The position numbers and the translations under genes were made by a program. From Octopus vulgaris (lineage: Eukaryota), in NCBI GenBank assembly GCA_951406725.2, contig OX597815.1, positions 139,810,001-139,874,000 on the forward strand: a stretch of 64,000 nucleotides of DNA, written 5' to 3'. The stretch's first letter is position 1; the number at the start of each line of letters is the position of its first letter. This document shows, piece after piece, positions 15,001 to 30,000 of this stretch. Under the pieces are notes generated by a model. That model had not been told where the DNA came from, made no database searches, and was given only the letters and a program-made list of their open reading frames with translations.

Positions 15001-18000
15001 CAGTTCAACTAAGATTAATAAAAGGCTAACTGAAATACGTACTGGGATCTATGTGATCATCTAAACCCTTCAAGGCAGTGCCCAAGCATGGCTACAACCA
15101 AATAACTGAAACCAGCAAAACCACATCATCATTATACATAAGCTTTTTGATGTTTGTATGGATTGCCATGGAATCACAGCTCTCCTAGACAAGTCAAGCA
15201 TGTTTCTCCTTCATAATTTCCATTTATACGTTTTGATTAGACACACCTATCTTTAAATACCATATTTCTACATATAATGATGACTATTTCTAATATTGTT
15301 TTAATGCATGTATCCTGGATGCTATCATCATCATGTCAAGCTTGCTTAGAACTGCATGACCAGGACCCCTTACCCATATATACATTCTATGGGGCTTATG
15401 ACATTTCTTGTTAATGGGACATCCAATGCCATCTGTTAACTGATCAACATGTCTTAGCAGGGTGACTAATGTGATTTCAACCATAGCATACCATAGCTCA
15501 ACAGAAGGTATGTAATAGCCTCTTTTGTATTATATACACCAATTTCTTTTTCTTCTATCTCATTAGCTGCTGTTGGTCATTAGTACTGGATCAGTTCCCC
15601 TCCATTTGGTATTCAAGCACTACTCTCAATGCTTCCTATCTTCAAGTAAAATGAATTTACCTGAAGCTCCCACGGAAACCCATTGACAGTCAACACATGT
15701 ATAGCAGGAGACAACAAAGGAACTGCTATGCAGTCACATACTGAACACTGTTGCCCTATAAAAAAAAAGGCAAAGTGGTCATGGCTCATTTGAGACAAAA
15801 CAAACACCAGCAAATAATCTAGTGATAATTGCCTAGTATTTCCTCATCATAACAGGTTCAATTCTTGACAGGTAAATGACTAGAACACTGTTTCATTTAT
15901 GTTTACAGCTATATGAAACCAGTTTAAGCCAACAGAAGATATACAAAGAGCTAAAATACTGCCAAATCATTTAATAACATATTTCCAGATAATATAAATC
16001 TCATACTAAACAGATTCTATCATCGAGCACTTAATCAGGCTAACCAGCCTAAATGCAACAGTCTACCTAAAAACAACACTGTTAGCAAACTAAATTATTC
16101 TAACAGAGCACATGGAACACACAATTTCCTAGCCAACTGGGAGCTTATAATTCATAAGCTCCCAGTTCATTCGTAATCCAGATAATCCATAATTATTAGT
16201 AAAACATACAATCCCCTACAGAGGGATAATAGTTTGTTTTGGTGACTAAGGCATAAGTTTATAAAGTTCAATTCTAAATGAAAACAGACCATTCAAGATG
16301 TTGTGATAAACTGGTGGGGAATATGTTAAGAAACGTATACTATAGGTTGGTGAAATAACAATGGCAAATAGAGAATTGAATTAAAACTGAGGTACTTTAA
16401 AAAAATTGAAGCATTTTGCAATTTCAGTGATTATTAACAATAATCACCTAATTAAATATTCAGAGACATTTCTTTTAAAGAATTTTCCAGCTAATCAAAC
16501 TATTATATTTTGGAACTGATCAGTGCAGCAAAAACGAATTAGGAAGTGAAAATTTCATTAGTTATTATGCCTTGTTTACAATGCAGCAACCAAGTGGAAA
16601 ATTTATTTTTTAATACTTAGCCAATACTACTTATTAATATCTTTACCTCTCAACAGACACCCAACTTAGTATCCAAACAAAACAATACCGTTTTTCCAAG
16701 TCAGATACAGAAATAAATACAGTAGAAAATAAAACTGAAGTGAAATATCATGAACCAACTTCCTATAACATTCACAATTCAAAAATACTCTCTTTTCTAG
16801 TTAGTATACAACTCAATACAGTAGTAATAAAGCAAGGAACAGGCAGAATCATTCATTAAAGCATAAGACAAAATATCATGTAGTATATGCTCCAGCCCAC
16901 TACACATTCAGCTGAAATTCCACCAAGATTGACAGTCTTTTGTCCTCTCAGAGGTGACAACATACTACAAAGGGATGATGGATTAGCAGAATTGTTAGAA
17001 TATTGGATTAGATGCCTAGTGATAGGTTTCAGGAATTTAGGTTCTAAATTCTTGGGTGATAGACTTCATCCATCATCCAGTTTAACACCACAGTTCCTTA
17101 GGTGCTTTAGTGGAGTTTATTCTGTTGCAAGTTTCCAATCCAAGGTTAACTTCCCCACTTGTTCCCACCATTGTTGGAAACCCTAAAGGGATATGGTCAT
17201 AGATGCTGACCTTCTTATTCTAAACAATAAAAAAAAATACTCTGGAATTTAGATTTACCAAACAAGTTCAATGTTATTCTGTGCACAGAATAACCTTAAA
17301 CAAGTCACATCTTTAAATAAAAATTTAAATAATCCCATTAAAAATTTACAATGACTATTTTAGAAGAAAGCCTCAGAACAACTGTTTCAAAATAATATTT
17401 TTCCAAATCTAAAAAGAGTATCAATAGAGGGCACCTTTTACAAGTTTATATAAGCTAAAAGCATAGCAGAATCTAAACCTATTTTCCAATTCAAAAAAAC
17501 ACTAAAGAACAGAATACAAACAACTTCAATAAGATTCAGGAGACACTACTCATTTTAGCAAGCTGATCACAATCTTTAATATTATTATTATTCCATGTTG
17601 TTCTTTTAACAAATTCTTTGGATTCACACCTACAATATAATTAATGTTGACCACAACTATTATTTTAAAGCAACTGAAACAAAACCAATGACATCCTCAT
17701 ATCAGATATAAGCCTCTCAACATTGTCACTTTATAATTTAAGACTGTTGTTGGATGTCCTTTACAAGAACCAATTTAAATTTCACCTAATACTGTAAAAA
17801 TTATACAAAACAAAACAATAATGCAACAAAACTTATGAATCACTAGTATCTTCTGTACTACCTTAAGATAACCGATAGCAGAGAAACCAGATTAAAACTG
17901 AATTCAGAACACTGCAGCTGTTCAAATTGTAATACGGTTTATGTTTACTAAAAACCCCAACCCAACCAAAAAGGAGGGGTTCATTTCTTAATTTTTGAAA

Positions 18001-21000
18001 GCACTCTACAAATGGAAGTCCCATATACTTTGTCAGAAAATTTTGGAAAAATACCACACACACACACGCAAGTCATCAAAACAGAGAACAAAAATAAAAT
18101 ATTTTTACCATTTCTTGTGAAAAACAAATACAAATAACGTAAAATTGTGAAAAGTTACCTTTAAAGCTGGATGGTTTTTCACTGCTTTCCCCAATATCTT
18201 CGTGTAAAGATGTTTCTTGTTAGGCTTCCTTGAATCTGTAGAGCACCCTGTCATAAAAAAAAAAAGGAAAATTCCATGACATCAACGAGAAAGAAACATT
18301 GCACAAAAAAAAAAAATTTCATCCAAAACAAAGGATCAATCCTTTTAATTAGATATCCAGTTATATTACAAAATTGAAAATTTTTTTTTTTATCTAGATG
18401 GGAAAATACAATTAATGAGCAGTAATTAGAGGTTTGCAAGACCCCACTGGAGATCACAGACAAATATTATCCCTAAAATCTCATTCCAATCTAAATACAC
18501 TTTCTTGTGAAACAAATTAGATAATCTTTTTCAACTACCATTATTTTAAGGATACTCTTAATTAACCAAATGACAACACCAAATTAAAACACTTTATTAA
18601 CAACAAATTATGACACCTAGCCTATTTTGCCCAAATTACTGCAGAATTACTCATATACATATAAGTAAATATTAATAAAAAAAAATATGCACAAGTAAAT
18701 CTGTAAATCTATGCAAATCCCACCTTAGAAATGAAGGTTATGACATTTTTATAGCATAAATCTGCAATATTTTAAATACTTAGTCAATTATTCAGACAAA
18801 GCTCATTAACAAAAATTATAATCACCAATGTAGCAGCTATAAATAATAGTCTCCAATATTTTCAAAACGAGATTCTACTCATTTAAAATTAGAGATCTAC
18901 AAGTCCTGGAATATTCACTATTTTGTAGTTATATTGTTACATACAAATTTGTTGTTGAGTAAAAACAGTTAGGACATAAATAAGTTGAAAATTTAAATTT
19001 TAGCAGTGTTGTAGAATAATGTTAGAAAAGGAAATAAAATTTTTGCATCTTAAGATATTTAGTCTTCGGTAGTATTCTAATCCCACCCAATAAATGACAG
19101 GACATTGAGTACCAAGGCATGGTTTAATTATATAAAACAATGTTTTTATAGCATTCTCATACACGTACACACAAGTCATGTAAAAGTAAATACAAGCAAA
19201 ACTTTTATTAAAACTATATAATTAAAATAAATTTAATAAACAAAATTCCAGAACAGCCAATATGAAAACTAAACATAAAAAGTGCTAAGATTCATTTTTC
19301 AACCAATGTTTAAAAGGATTTAAGGAACAAAGTCAAACAGGTACAGGGGCCTAGTGGTGTAATTACATTCAGATTGGAAATAGTCTTTGAGTCCCTTATC
19401 CTTTCAAAAAAAAAAAAAATCACCAACAATGTGGTTAATATCCAAAAAATTATAACCTTGACCAGAAGCCTTGTTATTTCATTATTCTGAAAACACAGTT
19501 GTTTAACAAAATTACTAAGATTATAATTAACAATATTGGACTAAAATTAGAGCAAATTTAAATCTTGAAAACAAGCAGTAAAGCTTAGGATAATTTAGCA
19601 CTATAATTAGTTTGAACAACTCTGTAGACTTGAATAACTGTCAATGATTAAGATTACAATTAATCAGCAATAAAGGTAACCAGAATAAACAAAATAATTT
19701 CTAGATATTCATTAGGCATCCTAACACAAACAAGGTTTACTAATATAGTTTCTACTGAGCTGTCAGTTTTCTCTCCCCCAACCCCATATATATATATATC
19801 TATATACACTTTCAGTCAACATCGCACTTTCTATCAATAGCTACAGAAAAACAAACATACTCCAGATAGGATTTTCCTTAAAAGCCTCTTCTTGTCAGAA
19901 TATCAATTTCTCATCCTTGAATAATTTTGGTTTAAAACAAGATGATTCCACAGGAAGCTATCAGAATAATTTCATTCACCAACAAAAAAGTATCAGAACA
20001 GTTATTTAAATCCAGTTATAGAACAACTCTGGCTAGGCAGGAGAAGATACACATATAAAATGAGTCTCAATGAAAGCAGAATTACTTAAGAGGTTAAAAG
20101 CACTCAAAATATGCAATTTTAGCAATATTGATAAAATAGAATCGATTTTGGTGTTAATTTTGACAGGTTTAACACTATATTATGCTGACAGATATGGTTC
20201 TAAGCTGCCATATTTTCAGAAATGATTCCAGTAACAGCTAACATTTACTGAAGCTTAAATTTTAATTAAAATTGGAATTTAATAATAAGCCATCAAGAAA
20301 AACAAGTTATGCCAAGATGCTTTCAGCAAAGGATCAACGGATGTTGTTTCAGCCAAAACATAATTTTTCCTTTACAACAAAATTCCTAAGTAAAATAGAA
20401 ACTACATCTTTTAAATGGGGAAAATATCTAAAAATATGATTCTAAAAAGAGACAATTTCTGTTTCTTCAATAAAATCTACAAAAGAAAAATGGTAACTAA
20501 GAAATATTACTCACATCTTAACTAAGTCATGTTAACATTAACTCAAAGATTCTACATAATGCCTCAAGCCATTTAATTTGTTATAAGGAAATTTCCCTAG
20601 AATATTCCCTTTTCATATAATGGTCTTTACTCAACTATGATTTCTTTAGACAATGCAAGCGGCATTTTTCAATGTAAAAGAAGAAATACACTTAATAATC
20701 AGCAAATTACACTATTAATCATATAGATTACAGCTAAATATCAAGTCAATCTTGACAAGATTTGGAGTCTATCATTCTATCACAACGTGTACAAATATAT
20801 TCAAAGAATCTTTCAAAATACCTTGTTGTTAATTTTAATATTAACACAATCCACTGCAGTAAACAAATATCAAGATGAAATCTATGTACTATTAACCCAT
20901 AGACAGGAATTCACCAAGCTCCTTTCCTACCAACACAAGATACTATAACACACCAATAATCAAGTCCCTTGCTCTAAGTTTTGAATCTCTGTTTGAACCT

Positions 21001-24000
21001 GGTTGGGAAGGACCAGACCTGCCAACAGGCTATCACTAAAGATTTAGCGAAAAGTACAGGCAACTCAAGAATTGATTAAATCATGTAATTTGGGGGGGGG
21101 GGGGTGCTTGCAGCTAAAGGCAACACCAGCAACCTCAGCATCATTTATCTGCAATGAATAATATGCCATAGGGTTGTTTTCTTTCTTCATTCTTTGTAAT
21201 TCATTTGAAAATAACCCAGAGAAATATTCCAGATGATTAAAATGGAAGATTGAGAGAAGAATTCTGTATAGAATGTAGTACTCTAAATTAATGAGTTAAT
21301 TTAAAGGCTATAGATTTTGAAATAACCTACAATATATTAATCAGTATTCAAAATTATGTGTCATATTTCAAATAACCTACAAATATATTTATCAGAATCA
21401 GTAATGTATAATTCTGAAGAGTGATAAAAAGAAAATATATGCACTAATAAAATGTATAAAACACTAACACAGCAAAAAATATTTGTGTGAAATTAAATTA
21501 TTATCTATGCAGTCGTTACATATGCATATACACACAAGGGGTTAGCAGTAAAGTAGACTTTCAAAATTCAGATCTTGTCAGGATCAACAAAAATCAATAT
21601 GTGATCAATGATAGAAATAACAACTATCTCAGCCTCGAAGTAAAAATCAATAAAAGGGAAGTAGTTCACTAGGTGTGAAATATAGCTTGACTTAAACCTA
21701 TTTACATATTTTTTAATCCATTAACTTCCCCAGAGAGAAGTTGCCAGATTATATATATATTAAGAATATGAATATTTAATTAAATGAAAATGCCATTTAC
21801 TCATTACTTTCCTTATTTCTTAGAACAGATAGTAATGTTCCAGAAGACTAAGTCTCACCTATTGTATCATCCCTATCCTTTTCAACACATACAAGTCTTA
21901 ATAAAAGTGTGGCAAAGAATTCATTTGAGTGGAGACACACCTAACTATAACATCAGTTGAATCCATCAGAAACAGACCATCAATGAAAATCCAAAAGAAA
22001 TACCACTTCAAAAAGTTTAAGAAAGAACACAAAAGCAGTCTTTAAATGCTGATATACATAATAACCTTTCAGTCAAAAATGCATCAAAATAATAAATAAT
22101 TATCAGTTTCTAAGATGAATGTTAAAATGTTTTGAAGAATACACATATTGTACCATTAAAATAAAGCTGGCTCTGTTGATGTTATCTATTAACATTGTCT
22201 AGCACAACTACATACATCAATGTAGAATACGTATTTTCTTCTCTGACTGAATGAACAATTGGTGGAAAAGCAAAATGTTGAAGCCAGTGAATATTGTTTC
22301 ACTGTAACTTATAATTGAAATAAGTCGAGAGGCAAGCAGAATGTTCAGAGTATAGCTAAAGAAACAGATAACAGACCATTGTTTAACGAGAGGCTACATT
22401 CAAAAGACCACAATAATATTAAGATACTTATGAATGGTTCCAAAAACCAATTACTAAACAGCAAAAGAGTCTAAAAGAAAATGAAATGGTACAACAAGAA
22501 TACAGAACTAATTTCACTTCGCTTATTATTGCCTTCAGAACTTTAACAATCAGTCATTTAATTCAAGTACAGGTACTTTTGATTTCTGCAGTCTAACTAA
22601 CTTTATTATTAGAAAATAGTGAAGAAGTCTTTAAAAAGATGGATAGTAAATGAAGCTATGTAGATATGAACAGTCTCCTGGCTACTTCTTTTTGTTAGTG
22701 AGAAGAGAATGAATTATATATGTAATCAGAGTGGAAAAGTCTTATATTTTATATCTACAGAGTATAATTTAATTTTCAGCTTGCACCAAACAATATCATA
22801 GACGCAGTTGAGATTTTCAAAATAATAAACTATGTATTTACAGCATGTAAAATAGACACAGGTTCGATTTCAACTCAAACCAGATTATCATAGATTGATT
22901 TCAAAAATATTTCTTTTAATGAAACAGACTCAGAAATATATTTTATTACTTTCACAAACAATGGAAATAATAAAATTAAAGACATTCATAAAACATTTAA
23001 CTTTAGAGAAGAATGAAAAGCTTAAAATCTAGTATTGAGGTGATAGCAGTATTACATACTCATGAATTTATTTCAGCTTTTATAATGATAATAGAGGTGC
23101 TTCAGCCACTGATTGAACAAGAAACTCTCAGTTAAATGGGAAGCACTGCCATAGAAAATGACCAAGAAATAATGGAAAGGTTTTTCTCATTTCAGTTTAG
23201 ATTTATGAATTATATGAGTTTTCTAGGAACATTTTCATGAAATAATCTATAGTAATAAAAAAAAAAATCTCTAACAGCATCAGAGAATATTTAAACAAAA
23301 AGAAAATATTGGAAGGTAATAAAGCAACAAAATAAAATAGGTATGTTAAGAAACATCTTCAGAAATATTAAGCTATCACAGTTGAATGATGTGGAAAAAA
23401 ATGTTAAAGTCAACTGTGTATCAGATACAGCAGTTATATAGACTTAAAAAGCCAAGCTGCATGTTCTTGATTTAAAACTAAAATCAATAAATAATGCAAG
23501 CAATTGCATTTTTTCCCTTGCTTTCAGACTTAAGATAGCAACCAAATTAAATTTTCCATAAATTTTTCTTTTACATTAAGGTAATCAATAAAACTTTTCT
23601 TCATGTTAAATAGAGTTTTTAACCCCGATTCATTATCAATCAGTTTTTCTGAAATTTTATCTCTAAAGGAACAACACTCAACTGCAATTTTTATCATTCA
23701 ACAGTGCTGATAGATTTACATATATTTCAACTGAGTCATTATATTTTCTCATCAATAATTCAAAAGTGTTCAGACACAAGTCCTATACCTTCAATTATAA
23801 TCATAAAAACAAATTTGTTCTCTTTCACGGGGATTTCACATTTCAATACTATTGTTATAAACTTATTTCTTCTGTTTAATCTAGAAAGCAGTATAAAGAC
23901 AGTCAATACTTTTGAAAGTAGGAACATCCTTAAGCTCCATTCCAAGTATAATGCAACATCTTAAACAACAAAAAATAATTCAAGAATCAAAGAAAAAAAT

Positions 24001-27000
24001 CTATGCCTTAACAGAATCTCATCCATAACGTTAGAATACAAACCTAAATTTAGACATTCTTCTGTTGCATTAAATGTGCTAAACCTAAATTTAGACATTC
24101 TTCTGTTGTATTAAATGTGCTAAACCTAAATTTAGACATTCTTCTGTTGCATTAAATGTGCTAAGAAATATAAACAAAGAATATACCAACCATTGATAGG
24201 CACCATATTTCTGAATTGATGACCAAAGACAAAATATTCTCACAAACGATTTCATATTAGTATTAATTTGATAAACTATTTACTTGAATCTTAACTGACT
24301 TAACACTACATTCTTAATTCAGAGCGTTCTATAAAATTAAACTTTAAAGTAGTCTAATCCATTTAGAACAATATTCATTAATAAATAAAATCAAAGAGAA
24401 AGACACTACAAACAGAGAAATCAGTTAGCAATTTATTGATATTAATGTTAGATTTAAAACACAAGTGGAATTGTGAGTTAATCACATTTTTGCCCGTTTC
24501 TATGATGCTGGCAAGATGCTAACAGAAATCATACTGATGCAAGATTATAATCAATAGATCGGCAAAAACAAAAAGAAAAGCACAAACAAAAGAGAATTTA
24601 TCAGCAAGAGTTGAATAGCTAATTAGCCTATATAATGGTAGCAAGTTAAATGATAGCTAGAATCTCAAAGGAACTTCTTGTTTAATGGAACCCAAAACCA
24701 GATTTTTGGTGAAAAGATCAAATGTTTTCTTTCTACGGAATACAGCATAAAGATGAAATGGGAAGAAAAATGCAAGTAAACCATACAATGGCTCAGTACA
24801 AGATTTTGTATTCATTTTATTAGAGAAAAAAAAAAAATCCTAAAGCTTGTGTTGTCAGAATTTTTGATGCTGGTAAATGCAGTCAATTGAAGTAACCATA
24901 CAATATTACTGGTTCTGATTTTATTTGCCCTACCACATTATGATGAAAGGCACATAGCTAAATATAGAAAATTAACTTAGAGGGATTACTCTAATATAAA
25001 TGCAAAAACTAATTTGTGTGTGTCAGTGTGTCACACTTAGATCCCCTCTCTCATTTTTCCTTGACACTTCTACTATTGCTCATACTGGGGTGAGAGTAAT
25101 AGTAGGCATAAGATGGTGAGGGTGGTGGCGAAGACAGAGAGAGATGGGGAAAGAGAGACAAAGAAATTTAGGGAGAGTTGATGTTTTTATTAAAAGTAAT
25201 AGTGTTGAGGGTGGCAGTGGGAGTAATGATAAAAGAGAAAGTGGGTATGTGAGAAAAAAAGGGACTGAACACTGAACCAACATACTGGGGTAGTAATAAT
25301 AGTATGAGCTGTAGTTGTGATAGAGGCAGCAGTGATGGTGGAGCTAACCGAGGCAGTCAGGAATGATGGTGAGAATAAGTGATGTGAAAGACAGTGGTGA
25401 TAGTGGTGGATGGAAAGGTAGCGAAGTCAAAGATATTAACGGTAGTGGCATCAGAAGTCTGAATGGCGTGTGTATGGCAGATGTAGTGGCACTGTTGTTT
25501 ATCATGCAGCTTTGCAATAAGTACCAAGTTGATAAATTGTATTGTTTTGATGAATATTGTTCACTGCTTGGAAAATATTGTTCAAGTTTAATAAAATTTA
25601 ATATGTACTCAATGCATGAAGTGTCACTGTTGGGCCCAAGGCCTAGTAAAGAGCCCTCACAGGAGCTAGCTTAAAAGTTACCCTAAAGGGCAGCTTTTAA
25701 GCAAGTCAATAATAGTTTTAAAATATCTGCCCTTTGGGGGAAGCATTGAGATTTTTTCTTCTGAATTTTTTTTTTTTTTAACAGCTAAGAAGCAAAAATG
25801 GAATTAAGAATTTTTGTGGCACATACCATTACTTCAAGTTCAATACTGTAATGCATTTAAGTAATTAGTACTGAAAGTAGTATCATTGAACATGAAGTTA
25901 ATAAAACCATAATGGAAAAATGCATAGGATGGTAATGCCATCCATTCTAGACTTACCAAAAGTATATCAAATCTAAGCTTTTATTCAGAAACATCTTATG
26001 TTAAATTAGTTATAAACCAACATACTAAAATTCACTGTTGATTCAAAAACCACTGACTACTATAATAGGAAGCTCAATATTTTTATAGAAATTTATAAAA
26101 ATAACTTCCTAAAAACTTATTGAAAGAGCAAATAAAATGTTGATGTAAAATCAAATTAAATGAGGAAACACATTTTTGTTAGAAATACTTGTGTTCTTGG
26201 AGTAGTTTTCAAAACTGAAAACCTTCCTGACAACTATTAATGGCAGGAAGACAAGACCAAACACATGGAACAACTATAACAGGTTGTTGTTCTGGTTGTT
26301 TTACGTCTAGGTCAATATTGATCCAGCAGAGCTATTTATCAAAGGTGTTCCAGCCATGAACATAAGACAGTTAGCTGGGTGTAGTTTGAGAGGAATCTAT
26401 CTGGTTGAGAGGCTTCCTTGCTATTTAAAGATGTAGTAGGTCTTGAAATAGAGAAACAACTTAACAAAATAAAAATTCAACAAAGGTTTTCACGATGACA
26501 TCTTTTTTATAAATGAAAAAAAATTAAACTCCATCATGCAAATTGTGAACAAAATGTAATACAAATGAGATGGATTAAGTGTGAATCAGACATTTTGTAA
26601 CTATCCATATACTGTGTGGGTTTTTAACCCTTTTGATACCAAGCTAAAATTTCGTTTTAATGTATGCTCCAAATACCAGCTTAATAACAACAAAATTATT
26701 TTACTAAATTCCCCCCTTGTTTCCAAAATTAATAACAGCAGTAAAAGAAATATGGTAACAAAAAGATTGAAATAGGTATATTGTATTCTGCATGTAGTAA
26801 GAAACAAGAGATGAAAAGCATTAGTGTCTTGAAAAGAATCCAGTCGTAAAATACTGCTTCAGAATTTCTCACAACCTTTGCTCACATGGAAAACCAGACA
26901 TAAAAATAATCATGGTGATGAAGCATATTCATGAGGAAATTTAATATATAATATCAAATCTTGTCATGAATATTTTGAACTTTACAGAGGAAAATAAACA

Positions 27001-30000
27001 CACCATTTCAATAAATGATATTCTACCATTTCTACAAATTATAAATTGTGTAATTTTAAGAATGATAACTCAAGATATGAGGGAAATAATGCTGTCAACA
27101 TCAGAAGTATTATATAGCTTAAAGACGTCTAAAATGACGGTTGGTTGAAATGCCTAGACACAATCAGAGCATTACATGACATCTAAAACATTTGAATTAG
27201 AATCTTTTCTCATGGCAGAAAACATTGGGAAGTGACCAGCTATTTATAAAAATTTAATTAAGCTTTAGCAATTACTTAGCAACAAATTTTCAAAAATAGT
27301 CGTCGCCATCATTTAATAACTGTTTTCCATGCTGGCATGGATTGGGTAATTTGGCAGAAGACTGCACCAGGCTTCATTGTCAGTTTTGGCAAGGTTTTTA
27401 CATCTAGATGCCCTTCCTAACACCAACCACCTTATAGAAGGGATATAATATTTGATTACAATCAGAATACAAAGCAATCTTGCAAAGTTCCCAAAATTAA
27501 ACAGCTACCTTAGTAGTTTATTGAGGTAAGAGAATAGCTGAAATATGTAAGAGCTCAGTTAAAATAATAGTACTGGTGGATGTTGAGAAAACAATGAAGA
27601 AAACAATTTTTTTAGCTCTCCATATCTGGTCTTTTCAAAAAAATCCATCCATATCTACAGTTTTAACCCTTTCAATACCAATGCATCTCAGACAATCCCT
27701 ACTTCTGATACAAACTTCCAGTTTTAAAGTGATATAAATTAAAATCTTCCACCAAAATTTCATGCTGATTTATGTTCCAATGGCAAAATCATTTTACAAA
27801 ATATGACAACAAAAGGATTAAATGACTTGGATCAGTAAGTTTAGACTTCTTCAGACAGCAGAAAGAGCAGACAACTCTCCTCTACAATCATACAAAAGAA
27901 ATCGAAGACAGTGTAGATATTACTGGCTGAATAAAATATAGGATGGTCACAGCTGGAACACTTTATAAGTCTCACCAACTGCAAATATAAGTTTTATCTT
28001 TCACAACAATATTGGTTCTATTAATATTGCAAAAGAAATCAAGGTGGCAAGCTAGCAGAATCATTAGCAAACAGGCCAAAACTCTTAGTGACATTTTGTC
28101 TGTCTTTATATTCTGAGCTCAATTTGTCTTCCATCCTTTTCTGGTCAATAAGATAAGTACCAGTTGAACACTGGGGCTGATGTAATTAACTTATTCCCTG
28201 CCACAAAATAGCTGGCCTTAAGCCAAAATTGGAAACCAATATTGTAAAAGAAATCATTGCACTTATTTGCCAGAATTACAGGAGAACAAATATCTGATGA
28301 TAGAAACTCCGACTGCGATTTATATTATTTTACAGCAGCTCTTCTGAGCTGAGCATTTTAAAAAGTAAATTTGTACTGGGGGATAACAATAGCTTCTTAG
28401 GACATTTGATCTCTAAAAGATGTTAATTTTAATAAGTCATTGTAATCAAATCTACCTACAAATACCCATAAGTTCTATGATGTTATCAAATCTGCAAAGG
28501 CAAAGAAAATTACATTGTCTTAACCAAAAAAACTACCTCGTATATTGAACAAACAACTCAGCCTGGTTTTCACAGAGGTTTACAAAGACAGACAGACTAT
28601 GAACAGTAACTTTTGTTTACAATCAACAAACAAGTCAAAACTAGCAGTATGCACATTCATTCAGATACATATGTAGATAAATACACAAATACACTATATA
28701 TATATATATACACATACATACATACATATATATATATATACATATATACAGAGAGAGAGAGGTAGACACTAAATGGAGTGGCTGTGTGGTGAGAAGCTTG
28801 CTTTCCAACCACATGGTTCTGGGTTCAGTCCCGGTATGTGACACCTTGGGCAAGTGGCTTCTATAGCCTCAAGCCAACCAAAGCCTGTGAGTGGATCTGG
28901 TAGACAGAAACTGAAAGCCTGTCAAGTGTGTGCTTATATGTGTGTGTATCTGTGTTTTGTGTGCCTGTTTTGTCCCCTCACCATCACTTGACAACTGATG
29001 TTGGTGTGTTTATGTCTCCATAATCTAGCAGTTCAGCAAAAGAGACTGATAGAATAAGTACTAGGCTTACAAGGAATAAGTCCTAGGGGTGATTTGTTTG
29101 ACTAAAGTTGGTGCTCCAGCATGGCAAGAGTCAAAATGACTGAAACAAGTAATAGAATAAAAGAATACACACACACACACACACACAAACAAACAAACAC
29201 AGATATATACATAGAAAAGCACATATGCATATGATCGTCAACTTCCACTTTCTGCTTAGCACAAGCCATAAGTCAACCCATAACAAAACTAGTAGACACT
29301 AGCTGATAGTGTCCAAGCAATATGAATGAACCATAAGCTAGATCAGTTTAAAGTAAAGATTTTGACCATGCTGGCACAGATGCACATGTATGCATGAATA
29401 TGTAGATTATCATCTTTAACATCCACTTTTCCAAGCTTGCATGGATTGTGTGAAGTTTATGGAAGCAGATTTTCTATGGTCAGGTACCCTTCCTGTTGCC
29501 AATCCTCACCTGCTTCCAAGAAAGGTAATATTTCATCATGGCCAAGCATGCTTCAACAATATAGTGGAAATGACAAACGCCGCTGGAATGCCAGTGGTAC
29601 ACATTTACAACTATCACATGATGTGAAGACAAGGAGACAAACATATAAACACACACAACTGGCTTTTTTCAGTTTCAGACAACTAAATCTACTTACTTGC
29701 AAGGCTTTAATCAGACATGGGTATAATATAGTCAAAGACACTTGCCAAATGTGCCATGCAGTGGAACTGAACCTGAAGCCAGATGCCTGGAAAGCAGACT
29801 TCATAACTACATAGTCACATAGTACATACGTGTGTGTGTGTGTATACACAATGCATACACACACACTACATACTCGTCAATACATTTCTTTTTTCCCATG
29901 TATCTCTATATACACACTCTTTTCTATTCTAGGCACAAGGCCTGAAATTTGTGGGGAGGGGGCCAGTCGATTAGATTTATCCCAGTATGCAACTGGTACT

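Noticed and set aside
15290-15600. Possible Tc1 transposase remnant (LLTDQH-like on the + strand)
   Set aside because: Too degenerate; no DDE motifs or TIRs could be confirmed by eye.
25080-25674. ORFs of 67 and 103 aa in a purine/GGT-rich tract
   Set aside because: Low-complexity degenerate (GGT/GAT/AGT)n sequence without splice or homology support.
21855-25960. Isolated minus-strand donor-like sites (TAG|GTGAGA ~21858, TTG|GTAAGT ~25956)
   Set aside because: No matching acceptor or exon-like composition nearby.
28294-28315. CTGATGA-ta-GAAA motif
   Set aside because: No stem II, stem III or stem I pairing.
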